A stretch of DNA of 64,000 bases from Octopus bimaculoides (GCF_001194135.2 NC_068981.1:39060709-39124708), one strand, 5' to 3'; shown: positions 11,630 through 23,518, numbered from the stretch's first letter. Notes: generated by a model from the letters alone, not told the origin. Program-made: numbers and translations.

Positions 11630-11820
11630 GAGTGGTTGGCGTTAGGAAGGGCATCCAGCTGTAGAAACTCTGCCAAATCAGACTGGAGCCTGGTGTTGCC
11701 ATCCGGTTTCACCAGTCCTCAGTCAAATCGTCCAACCCATGCTAGCATGGAAAGCGGACGTTAAACGATGATGATGATGATGATGATGATTATGATAATA
11801 ATAATGATGATGATGATATA
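11630..11820 (+). mobile_element. RTE-type 3'-tail element (young subfamily) with (GAT)n tail
   Basis: GTGGTTGGCGTTAGGAAGGGCATCCAGC..CATGGAAAGCGGACGTTAAACGATGATG. The same tail terminates the RTE ORF remnant at 33930-34705. Confidence 0.85.
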
Positions 11821-11955
11821 TATCATAAGCATACACTCACACATACATATATATATATATACACATGTGTACACACACATGCACACACACATATACAAAC
11901 ATGCATATGCATATATTGAAAAGGTTAAGAGGTTTCACACAAGTAAATTTTAAAA

Positions 11956-12160
11956 GTGGGGACAAAATATTAGGTTATCCAGCCAGAAGAGAAGCTGAGA
12001 GTAGGATGTGTGGAAATGTTTCAGTCTGTGATGATGAGAAGCATGAACTGTTCTGAATCACAAAGCAGTGTGTTTGTATGAATCAAAATGTCACAGGAGA
12101 GAAGTGAGAAAATACTGATGCACTTGCCTGAGGTAAAAATGAAAATAAAGAAGCATGGAA
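11956..12160 (+). repeat. about 205-bp direct duplication, copy 2
   Basis: Nearly identical to 9340-9545. Confidence 0.95.
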
Positions 12161-12419
12161 TAAAAAGAGGAAAACATCTACCACTTTTTCAAAATAGGCA
12201 GCCCGTTTCCATTACTGAAGCCAATAAGAAAAGGAAAAATAAACTGAATAAATTAATTTTTGAAGATAGCAGCTTTGAAAGAGCACATGACTGCTTATTA
12301 CAAAATTCACATGTTAGCACTTGTTGGTCTCCTACCAATGGGCACTTGATCATAATTGTAGTAGTATCAGTTTTAGAAGTGGCAGTTTTGCTGTTCTTTA
12401 TTAGCAATATTGATATTCA

Positions 12420-12770
12420 TGAGTAGTTCATAGTGATGAGGGTTGTTGTACAGTGGTAGTGGTGGCAGTAGCAATACCAGCAGCATCTAGTGATAGCAGA
12501 ATCAGCAGTTGTATCAGCCTCACTAGTAGAAGCAGTAATAGCAGCTGTAGCAGCTTATGCATTAGGTGTAGTAGTGGTGGTTGAAATAATAGAAGCCAGA
12601 GATGTAATAAGAATGCTGTAGCAGGAGTGAAAGTAGTAACTATAGCAGCAATAGTAGTTACAGCAGCAATAGTAGTTACAGCAGCAAAGTAGTAGTATCT
12701 GTAATGGTAGTGTCAGCAGCTGTAGTTTTAGTAGTAGTGACTTTTCTCCTGTAATTGTTAAGTGGTCGGT
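12420..12770. repeat. degenerate (TAG/CAG)n low-complexity tract
   Basis: Rich in GTA and GCA triplets, with an internal tandem copy of CAGCAATAGTAGTTACAG. Confidence 0.8.
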
Positions 12771-13369
12771 ATTTCATTTTGAATGTTGTTCCTTTGCTGA
12801 AGTTAAGTAAATTGTTATAAGGGAAGATCATAGAACTTGGTTGTTTCTTATCAGGACATAATTGGATTCAAATTTGTAATCAATGCAGAGTCATGAATTG
12901 TCTGAAGGACACCCTGATTTGCCCTATATACTTTTCTCTACATTCTGTTATTGCATAAATTGGGTTTTCAGATGCACAGATGAAAATATCATTTATTTTT
13001 GAGAGCTGTCTCTATAAATCTGATTTCACATTCCTTCTGACTGATTTATACATATCTCATGTGTGTGTATAAAATATAGTGCAAGGAGATGGAATGAACA
13101 GGCTGTAATCCAAATCACAACAAATGTTTCTGCACATTAGCATCAGCTGATAATTACTGAGTGTTGCACATATTATACATATTACTATATAAATATGATT
13201 CAGTGATAGCTGTGTACTTGCACATCATCAGGTGAGTTGCTTTGAGATTTTCACATGTATATCCAGTAAAAGAAGTATTCTAGCTATTTGATAGCATATG
13301 ATCACTAATAACTGCAAAGTAGCTTTGGAATGTTATTACCAGGATGATATTAAGTTATACATAAATCAT

Positions 13370-13830
13370 CGTTTAATATCTGTCTTTCCTGTTGCCATGG
13401 TTTGATGGAATCTAATGAACTGGAGGACTGTGTCAAACTCCAGTGTCATTGTTGGATGGATGTTAGTAAGATGAGAAATGAACAAAACTTGATGGGGATA
13501 ATTTGGGTGCAAGGGCAGGATTCAGTGTGTGAATAGACATGAACCTAATGCTGTTAGAAGCTTCCTTTTGTTCTGATGGATGGGTTTTGTTGAGTACAAC
13601 AAAATGCCAAATGTCTCAATTCCTTTTTCATCTCCACCAAGAAGTGTACCAATTTAAGATCAGCCTTTGGAGCATGACTTTTTGGGTCTCCCTCTTCTAC
13701 AAGTTACATCAACTTTAAGCGATTGACACTTCTTTAAACAGTTGTCATCATCCAAGAACACCACATGATTGTACTAATACAATCTTCTTGGACATGGAAA
13801 CAATTGTATATTCTATGAGTTTGACGTTGC
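13370..13830 (-). mobile_element. RTE LINE 3'-end remnant
   Basis: The minus strand gives RRLY..HVV..DDDNCLKKCQSLKVDVTCRRGRPKK, the C-terminal RTE motif, followed by tail-like sequence. Confidence 0.65.
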
Positions 13831-13901
13831 TTGAAATGAATTTGTTTCAACAAATTGATGCCTGTATATCAATTTCTTCATTTTCTTCTTTATCTTATAT
13901 G

Positions 13902-14425
13902 CAGGGTTATTGACAAAGAATGAATCAATTTCATTATGCAATATTTTAATAAGGAAAAGTAATAGAAAACTCCAGCTAAGTCACAAGTATTTACACACAA
14001 TCAACTCTTACAAGTGTTCAATGTGGCCACCACCTACAGCATGAGCAATATCAATGCGAAAAGAGAATTCCTCCCAGACGCATATCAGTATATCACGATC
14101 CACTGAGTACTTCTTTTGCTGTCTGGTTGAATGCTTTATCAATGGTTTTCCATTTCTCTTCTATGTCAATATCTTCTGGAATCGCCTCAAGCAAAGCAAA
14201 TTTACTCTTTAGTTCCATAATGAACTTCCTTTTGATATGCTGATACGCGTCTGGGAGGAATTCTCTTATCACATACTGCAGGTGGTGGCCGCATTGAACA
14301 CTTGTAAGACAAGAAATAAAAGTTGATTGTGAGTAAATCCTTGTGACTTAGCTAGAGTTTTCTATTGCTTTTCCTTATTAAAATATTGTGTAAAGAAATT
14401 AGTTCATTCTTTTTGAATAACCCTG
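13902..14425. mobile_element. fold-back mariner-derived MITE made of two 3' ends, carrying an RTE fragment
   Basis: TIRs CAGGGTTATT..AAGAATGAA..AATTTC. The roughly 190-bp arms (13902-14094 and 14234-14425) are inverted and each encodes a transposase C-terminus (VWEEFS..GGGHIEHL* or GGGRIEHL*). The centre, 14095-14233 on the minus strand, reads MELKSKFALLEAIPEDIDIEEKWKTIDKAFNQTAKEVLSG. Confidence 0.85.
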
Positions 14426-14722
14426 TTTATATATAATCATTTCATCAGTATCACAGTACTTTTCTGATGCAGTGTTTTCTACAGATGGATACCCTCTTTG
14501 ATTCGAACTTTCACCTGATTTCAAGGAAGGTAATAAATCCCACCAGTCTATCATGAGCATGCTTTCATGTATGACTAGAAATAAATGACATCATGTATGA
14601 ATGATGTGAGATTTTGTTTACAATCAGCAACACATGTGAAGATGAAAGGAAATATGAATTCCAACACATATAACTCCCCATCCACGCAGATATATACACA
14701 TACAAAATCATGCACATATATA

Positions 14723-15602
14723 CGAGGTGATAGCAAAAAGTTTCCAGACTCGTTCTGTAGTGCTCCAGCACATGACAGCACATGGTTGCATGTGCATGAG
14801 AGCTAGCAGTGACCTTCATGAGGTGGTGTGTTGAGTGACATTGCTGTGCTTACTTCGTAAGTTGTGAAATTAGTGTTTTTGTGATCACATGTATGCTGTA
14901 GTCTACGACTTTGTCGTGGACAGGAACAAAGAGCCAACATAAAATTTTGTGTTAAACTTGGGAAGTTTACTACTGAGACATTGAGCATGCTTCAGCAACC
15001 TTACAGCGATGAGATAATGGGATGTACACAATGTTTCAAGTAGCATGGACACTTCAAAATTGGAAGAACGTCCTTAGAAGATGATGAGCAATCTGGAAGA
15101 CCTGCCACAAGCGTCTGCCCTGAAAATGTGGTATTGTGCATTGAGAATATGTCCACCAGGGCCAGACCAGTAATTAAGAGTTCTACCGCGATGTTTTGAA
15201 GCATTCGAGGGAGAAAATTTGGCAAAAGCAACCGGATCTGTGGGGCATGAATTGAATATTTCACAAAGCTTTTCTCACCAAAAACTGCATGGTATCGCTT
15301 CTGTACCTACCCTATTCTCCAGATTTAGCACCTGTGAACTTCCATCCCTCTCTAAGATGAAAATGCAGCTCAAAGGTCTCCATTTTAATACCATTGTTGA
15401 GATCAAGAATGATTCACAGAAGGTCCTCAATTCTCTTATGGAAAATGACTTCCAGGCTAGATTCCAAAAGTGGCAGGAACGCTGGAACAGGTGTATTGCT
15501 GTGCATGGTGATTATTTCAAAGGAGATGATGTTGAAATTTAAGCAAATAAGTTATTTTTTTATTAAACATAACTAGTATGGGAACCTTTTGATACCACTT
15601 CG
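14723..15602 (+). mobile_element. internally deleted mariner (irritans/Hsmar2-like ends)
   Basis: TA-CGAGGTGATAGCAAAAAGTTTCC and GGGAACCTTTTGATACCACTTCG-TA ends. Fragments read EQRANIKFCVKLGK..SLEDDEQSGRP and LSKMKMQLKGLHF..FQKWQERWNRCIAVHGDYFKGD. Confidence 0.9.
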
Positions 15603-17411
15603 TACATATATCCAATAGGCTTCTTCAATTTTCGTCTGCCAAATTCATTAATCAAGTTACTATCCCTGAAGTGGTACCAAATCTGAAGGAAGAGAATACA
15701 TAATAGATGGAAATACCTTCACCAGCCGTCTAGCTATGGATTTTTATGGTTACAATGCAGTATGACTAATTTAATCTTAACTGCACACCTCATGGGAACA
15801 TATAACAGACAGAACAAACAAAAAATATTCTTCATCAACTCTCACTCAAAGAACTTTCATCATTTTAATGTCTTAGACAGTAACACAGCAACAGGCTGTC
15901 AACTGCCATCATGTATGGCATTTTGGAACTGCTACAAACATAGAAAAATTAACAAATATATGATGATACCCTAGGGATTGGGTCAGAGAGAAAAAAAGAG
16001 CATGAAAAAACAAGACTTGGCAACTAGGAGAGAAAAAGGTGTCTTTTATGATGAAATCAAAACAAAACAAAACTGCTGTACAAACAAATATGACTTTAAA
16101 ACGAAAAGCAAATAAACTATTAGGTGGATGGGCACTTCCTTTGAGAAAATAACAGAGTGGAGAGAAATTAGTGTGTTCATTTAGCTAACTGAAATTAGAA
16201 AGAAGGCTAGAGTAAGAGCAAGTAGTTGCAAAGTAGGAATGAGGAAGTACAAGCAGAAAGAGATTAGTGAGAGAGTAGCAAGAAAGAGACAGAGAGAGAG
16301 GAAGAGAGAAGGTGAGTGAGAGTAAGGTGACAACAATTTAAACAAAATAGCAGTATATAAGGAAATGAAATTGTATATATTGTTACCATTAATTCAAGAA
16401 ATTAGTCTCAAAGAGAACACATAACAAATTGAACAAACAAGAAGTATTTCTCATCCACTGTTTCTTTAAGGATTTCCATGGTTATGATGCCTTAGATAGT
16501 ACCATTCACTGAGTATCATCAACAGCCATAGAATATGGTTGTAAAGGGTTAATACTGTAGAAACAAGGGTTAATACTATGGAAACAAGACACAAAAAGCA
16601 AAAATAATTGATAGTTAAGTTTTAGTGATGCACACAACTTCATTTTCTTGCGTATTCCTATGTTTAAATTGTTGTTTCTTTCATATTTTCTATATCTTTT
16701 ACTTTCCCTCTTTGTTCCCTTCTCTAGTTTTACTATTTTGTCTCCCCATTTCCAGTTTGCAGCTTCTTGCTGTTTCCATTTAGGCTTGCTAGCTTTCTTT
16801 CTTATTTACAGTCATTAAATGAAGAAACCTGTTTCTCTTGCTCAAAGACTAAATGTTTATTTGTTTTTCCTTACACCAGCCTATTACTTCCACTATTGTC
16901 ATGTGTTGTGTTGTTTTATGTTTATCATAAAAGATCTATATCTGTATGTCACTTAAGTAGGTGATGAGCTATTTAGCTTTGTTTGGCAATCACCAAGAGC
17001 CAAAATTTAAGTAAAAAAAAAAATCACTAAAATAACTATTGGTGGTCAGCCTTATGCTGTACGTATGATGCAGGGATACACACATTTGTCTCGGCTATTT
17101 ATACTCAATTGTGTCATTTAGGTATAGCTTCAGGAAACTATACCTAATAGAAGACAGGGATGTTAACAAGTCCTGAAATTATCAAGTTCTACTATGAAAC
17201 TTCTCTGTGTAGCAATGCAAGGTTATGAACTTTGAGGTCTGTTTTAACTGTAGTCTTCAAATAAAAAGGAATACATAGAAAGTATCAGAAGAAACAAAAG
17301 TACTAACAGAGAGATTAAGGAAATGATATTATCTGTATTATAGCATGCATCTATTGCACTTTAGCAAACACTATATACACTTTCATTGTGTACTCTATAT
17401 CTATGTGAATA

Positions 17412-17618
17412 AAGGCAACAAGCTGGCAGAAACATTAACATGCCAGGAGCGGTATTTCATCTGTCTTTACATTCTGAGTTCAAATTCTGCCTAGGTTGAC
17501 TTTCCCTTTCATCCTTTTGGGGTCAATAAATTAAGTACCAGTTGCATACTGGGTCGATTTAATCGACTGCCCCCCCCCTCCCCAAAAATTTTGAGCCTTG
17601 TGTCTAGAGTAGAAAAGA
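17412..17618 (+). mobile_element. SINE B, full length
   Basis: Family core present; perfect 15-bp TSD ATATCTATGTGAATA (17397-17411 / 17619-17633). Confidence 0.9.
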
Positions 17619-17839
17619 ATATCTATGTGAATAGAAAAAGAGAATCAACTGGACTAAATGCAATTCTATTTTAGGAATTCATTAGTGAGCAAGTACCCAT
17701 GCCAAATGTTCATGACAACATTGCATATAAATTCATTGTTATAGTTGTAAATATTTTGTTTGTATATAAGTATCCTTGTGAATAGAAGTAGAGAATCCAG
17801 TTGGATGAATTTCAATCTTGCAATGGGATTTCATAGTGA

Positions 17840-18330
17840 TATTAGAATAACTGAGAAAGAATTAGTAAGAGCAGAGAGAGAGAGAGAGAGGAACTAATAT
17901 CAACTGAGAGAAGGAATAGTAAGGATAAAGGAAGTACAAACAATAGAGAAGAAATATGTAGACACATAAAGAAGTATTTGTAGGATAGATAAAGGAGGTA
18001 GTAACAGTAGAATATACAGAGCAAATATTATCAATAGGTGACATAAAGAAGTAGCGATAATAGAAAAGACAAAGGATATATGTATCAATAAAAGTGTTTG
18101 AAAAAAGTAATAATAAAAGAGAAAGAGAAAAAAGTATTAGGAGAAGAGTCAGAAGAAGAGGTAATAATGGAAGAGACAGAGGAAATAGGAGATGCAGGGG
18201 AAATGGTATTAGCAGACTAGATATGGAAAATAATATTAGTTTAGAGAACAGAGGGAGCAGTAATAGTAGAACATATATATGATGTAGTATTAATGGGAAG
18301 AGATTGAGAAAGTAGTTGTAGTAGAGACAG
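17840..18330. repeat. purine-rich (GA/GAA) low-complexity tract
   Basis: Strong A/G strand bias, no sustained ORF. Confidence 0.7.
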
Positions 18331-18569
18331 ATGAGATATTTTATTCATAATAGACTACATAGCATTTTAGGATTCTTTATAGTGTAAGGTATATCATTTT
18401 GATAAACATACAATTTTAGCCTCGTTTTGAAAAATAAACAAAATGATTATACCTCAGCAATGAAAATTTGCCTTAGGGTCTGTGGGTATGCTATGATGTC
18501 TGAGGATTACATTGGAAAAGCGGGAGGGGCTAGACATAATCCAACACAACAATGAACTGAAAAGTATGC

Positions 18570-18852
18570 TGGCATTCCGTCGGTTATGACGATGAGGGTT
18601 CCAGTTGGTCCAATCAACAGAACAGCCAGCTCATGAAATTAACATACAAGTAGCTGAGTGCTCCACAGACATGTGTACCCTTAAAGTAGTTCTCAGAGAA
18701 GTTTAGCATGACACAGAATGTGACAAGGCTGGCCCTTTGAAATACAAGTACTACTCATTTTTGCAAGCTGAGTGAATTGGAGCAATGTAGTGGTAGGAAT
18801 TGAACTCAGAACCTTATGATCATGAGCTGAATACCCTAACTGCTGAGCCACA
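18570..18852 (-). mobile_element. SINE C
   Basis: Reverse complement of the 1211-1504 family. Confidence 0.85.
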
Positions 18853-18930
18853 AATACAATCTCCTGTATACATTTCCATCACCGCTGACTCAAAAGTTTT
18901 TATGTCATTGCATGCTGGAAAAGACGAATT

Positions 18931-18975
18931 TGATCAGACTAGTTTCTAGTCTTCTCTGACCTTCATCAGAGAAAG
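18931..18975 (-). ncRNA. hammerhead-ribozyme-like motif (intact core, helix I not formed locally)
   Basis: Minus strand: CTGATGA-a-GGTC agagaa GACT-a-GAAA-CTAG-TC, with palindromic helix III (ACTAGT) and a GUC triplet. Confidence 0.4.
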
Positions 18976-19224
18976 AATATCTACTGCTTACAGAGTGCTT
19001 ATAGCATGTTACCATTTATGGAGTATAGAAACTAGGACTCAGTCAATTGCATAATAGTGCATGCACCGCCAGCATGGATTAATTAATTCATTAATACTAT
19101 CCTACATCACATTTAAGGGTGATATGAAATCTAAAGCATACTTTCTTTAATAAACATACAATTTTAGCCTCATAACCTTATTATGTCCAATTCATAGTCA
19201 ACAACTTTCATTTCAATCAAAATT

Positions 19225-19270
<46 letters not shown>

Positions 19271-19532
19271 TCTGTGTGTGTATGTATATGTGTATATATG
19301 TTGTTAGATATATATGCATGCATACATACAAATACACACAAGTGCACATACATACATGCATTTGTCATTTTGTCCATTAGATTTTTTTATCTGCCATTTT
19401 GTCTTCCCCTAGACTAGTCATTAGCTCATGTGTAGGTTGCACCATTATCTAATATTCAATAGGCCTCATTACTTGTATCCAAATGCTAAATTTCATTTTT
19501 TTCTCAATAAGTAACACCATGTGGAAGCAACC

Positions 19533-19564
<32 letters not shown>

Positions 19565-20412
19565 AAATAACAATAATAGTACTGAAAGTAATAATAAAAG
19601 TACTAATAAAAATAATGCAAAAAACAAGGTTGTAAATTAAACAGCAAACATCATAGGTGATCAAATTATAGGAAAATCATTTTTTTTTTTTGTTAATGAT
19701 TGCTGCTGATGCTGATATTGCTGATGGTGACAATGATGATGATAACGACGATGATGATGAGCGGGGTGGTGGTGGTGGTGGTGTTTGCTGTGCTGGTAGT
19801 CATTGTGATGGTTTAAGTAGTAGATGATGTGATGTAAGATCATTTGATAGAATTGTCACTACTAACTTTAGATTGTGTTTCAAAGCTATACAGAAGTAAA
19901 AGAAAGAAACAAAAGGTACTGAATGCAATTAGCACTACTGACTGTAATTAGTGCACACCAATAAAAGATTCATGCTTTGCTGTTAATTATTCCATTGTTA
20001 CATAATGAAATTTCCTTTACAATGAATTAAAATCTATGACATTTTATGCATGTATCAATAATGTGTTGTAAAAAGGGAGTGATAAAGTAAATTACTTTAT
20101 GAGATAGAATAGATAGATAGACAGATGGATGGATGGATGGATGGATACTTCGATAGAAAGAGAGAGAAAAGGAGATGTAGAGATGTAGAAAGTCTAACAT
20201 ATTAAATCCTCTAAAAAATCTCATTTTCTAATTTATGAGTTTATTTATAAAGTACCAGTTCCTAATAACTTTATTTTTGTAATCTTAATGACTTTTGCTT
20301 CTGTATTGGTTTGTAATATTCCATTTTCAATTGGTGGAATACTTCAGAATATTTGCATAATATCTAATGAATTGTTAGAGGAAGGCATATGTCATTTTTT
20401 CTTTTACAACAG

Positions 20413-20447
20413 GATACTTTATTTGGATGTATTGAAATGTTAAGAGA
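20413..20447 (+). CDS. candidate micro-exon DTLFGCIEMLR
   Basis: Strong polypyrimidine acceptor TTTTTCTTTTACAACAG, only one open frame, donor GA|GTATGG. Confidence 0.25.
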
Positions 20448-20597
20448 GTATGGCACTTACTTCATTTACACTAATAAAACAAAATTACAGAGACGTCTTG
20501 AATAAAACCATGACAAAATGCTTATTGAATGGTTTAGACTTAAAGCCATAAAATATGTATTTCAGTATTTTGTATACTTGATATAATCTCTTTCAAA

Positions 20598-20790
20598 TTG
20601 TTGAGTAAATACAATTTCCTTATAGTTTGAGAGTTCACTTCACAAAAATTTCTGGGTTCAATCCTACTTCAAAAAGTGTTTTCTCCTGTAGCTTCATGAG
20701 TGGAATTCAGTCGACAGAATTGTGCAGAAGGTTGTCATACATAGATGATGACTGGCAACTTGTTAGATGAGCATGACCATCGTTGGCAGA
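20598..20790 (+). mobile_element. degenerate tRNA-headed SINE
   Basis: GGGTTCAATCC B-box-like motif and weak similarity to families A/D. Confidence 0.35.
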
Positions 20791-21640
20791 AGAACAGTAG
20801 ATGTTAAGTGTTCAGTGACAGCAATGCCCATACAAGAGCTTTAAGCTAAGTGTGGCTTGCACAACATCACAATAACTCTCACTAGCAATACTAAGAAGCC
20901 CAGAGACAAGCAAATTGCAAGATATCTGGCTCATTAGGGCAGCAGGTTTTATATTCAAGTTAGCCTTCTCTTTGAGGGATGCTTTATCAAAGACCAAGGC
21001 TTCCTCATTCCCAGGGACACCAACCCAAGTATTTCTACGTTCCAGTGATTACATAAATACACACATACATAATATACATACACACATATATACATATATA
21101 CATTTATATATATGTTCTTATGCAACAAGGCTCAACACTACTGAGCATGTTACTATATTTCATCTTTCATAATCATATTATGAATATCTGAATGAGTTAT
21201 GTGACACGGACTCCATATAGTCTTTTGCAACAACATAATATTCTTCTGATACTTTCTCTTTGATGTATTCTTCTTTTTGCACTGAGGAGAATGGTAATAT
21301 GTAATTAAATTAATTTAATTATAATTTATTTAATTTTTTCCATGTTTCTTACATGTTTGTGACACCATTTGAAACGATCGTATGCATGGATTAAAATTTT
21401 ATAAAACTTTTGACATCTTCTCTTCTCCATCTATAATTGTTTGTTGAGTTTATAAAGGATACATGTTCTATAAATGCTCACCTTATACTTGTAACATTTT
21501 CATATTTAAAAACAAGATACTTACAATAGTAATCTACCAATTTAAAATATGAATTATATTTATTAGAAATCTAACTTTGGACCCCTACCCAAGTAAAAGG
21601 ATGAAATTGAACTCAACCTTTCTCAATGATGATGATGATA

Positions 21641-21685
<45 letters not shown>

Positions 21686-22157
21686 GACATTATGTGTATA
21701 TAGTATGATTATTGGCATATAATATGCTCTTTATTCCATATTAAGAACCCTAAGTATTACTGGCCTTGTGTCAAAATTTGAAACCACTATATTTACTTAG
21801 GTCTAAATTGAGCAAGATTTAACTTTGTGCTTCCATATCTTTAACATCAGCACTTGTCATGGTACACTTTTACTGTTTGTGAATTACTTGTTGAATAACG
21901 ACTGTAAAAATAAAAACTCCAAACATAAGATTAGAGTACAAGACAAATGCTTAAATTGATGATTGGTTTTCAGTAATTTAGAATCTTATTTACTTCAGAA
22001 CTCTGTAAGATTTTGCTGAAACCTGGTTTCATTGCTTATTCTTACTTTATCCTTTTATTGGTGTCAATCATTGGAATGTAATCAGGATGTGATATTTCCT
22101 TCAAGTAACATATATTAATCCCAAATTGAAAATAAATATAAAAACAATACAACAAAA

Positions 22158-22358
22158 TACAGTTCTATATTTATGAGATGAGGAATTATGTATATTATTT
22201 ACATTATTTACAATTGACGGCGGATATTTGTCCTCATCTTGTTTGTTGTTAACACAACATTTTGGCTGATATACCCTCCAGCCCACAGATATATGGCATA
22301 GTGGTTAAGAGCACAGGCTACTAACCCCAAGATTCCGAGTTCAAATTCCAGCCAGTGA

Positions 22359-22409
<51 letters not shown>

Positions 22410-22535
22410 TAATAACAATAATATCAAAAAATACCTTAGGAATGAGAAGCCAGGTTCAAAATTTCCCCAAAACACCCGTGTTAACAACAAACAAGATGAG
22501 GATAGATATCCGTCAATTGTAAATAATGTAAATAG
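22158..22535. mobile_element. rearranged tRNA-headed hammerhead-bearing element (family F): inverted 3' tail joined head-to-head with a core-deleted forward copy
   Basis: 22158-22284 is the reverse complement of the 3' part of 54974-55095. 22285-22535 matches the head, (AAT)n and body of 54697-55060 but reads AACAC-CC-GTGTT where the other copy has the ribozyme core. Confidence 0.85.
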
Positions 22536-22594
22536 TAAAACAGCAAAAGTCAATAGGATGTACACAGTGAATGTATTGGGATGGAAAAAAGATG

Positions 22595-22640
22595 GGGTAT
22601 GTAACATTTTGAGCATGGCTCTTCATCAGAAAGAGGAAAG
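22595..22640 (-). ncRNA. degenerate hammerhead-like motif of a second family
   Basis: Minus strand: CTGATGA-a-GAGC cat GCTC-AAAA-TG-TT. Helix II is perfect, the core reads AAAATG where GAAACG is expected, and helix I pairs only 3 of 5 positions. Confidence 0.5.
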
Positions 22641-23342
22641 ATGAAAGGTCTGGAGAGAAGAAAAAAATAGTCCAAGAAAAGCAAGAGATTGACCCCAGTT
22701 ACTTACTTAAGCCCTTCACTCCTTATGAAGCATAAGCAATTCACTGTTCCTGACTCTGGGTTTTCTTTTCTGTCTCACTCAGGTCTCAGTTTTGAATTGT
22801 TATCAATGCTTCAATAGCTTTACCTTTTTACTAGGTTGGGGTGTTGGCCCTACACAGACTCATTTTTAATCATTGCAAAGATATTGGTCTAGCCGCTATC
22901 CTTTGATCTGGTCAGCATGAGAGGCACCAGTAAGAGCTTGTGCTTTGCTGGCATAACTATCAGGCTGACTGGGGCATACAAGTCACCACATCACAAAAGG
23001 GACTAGGCCTTATAGTAGATATTGATCCCAGTACTTTGTACATATTTTATTGCTCTTATGAAAGATAAAGGGTAAAGTTAACTGAGATAAAAGAAAGAAC
23101 TAGAACAAAGCATTGTTCTTCAACACACTAACTTTAACATCTAACACCACTACACACATATGCACACACACTCACACCCTCACTGACATACACACATATA
23201 AGCACACACATACGCAGAAAACTAATTAAGTCATACCAGAAACTGTGACACTGAGAAAGAGTTAATTCAGTATTTGTTGAGTAAAGCTTTATTGTGGAAG
23301 CAGAAAAGTTCAATATCTTACAATGAACATCTATTTAATCCA

Positions 23343-23518
23343 AGGCCAGGAATCCATACATACAATGAGATTCTGTACAGTTTCCATTTACCAAATTTCA
23401 CACATTGGTCAGCTTGAGTGTGGAAGATTTCATGTAACTAAGGTGCCATTCAATAGAATTGAACTTGGAATCATGCATTTTGATTTAAGCTTTTTAACCA
23501 CATGACCATACCTGTGCG
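23343..23518 (-). mobile_element. SINE A 5' part, degenerate
   Basis: Ends in ACCACATGACCATACCTGTGC, the reverse complement of the family A head. Confidence 0.65.

Larger units (their letters stand above)
18402..19171. repeat. unit bounded by a perfect 22-bp direct repeat
   Basis: ATAAACATACAATTTTAGCCTC at 18402-18423 and 19150-19171. Confidence 0.8.

Noticed and set aside
11700-11735. CTGAGGA..GAAAC on the minus strand of the RTE tail (also at 31.9 and 59.3 kb) resembling a hammerhead core
   Set aside because: Only 5 nt lie between the core halves with no helix II pairing, and helices I and III are not formed.
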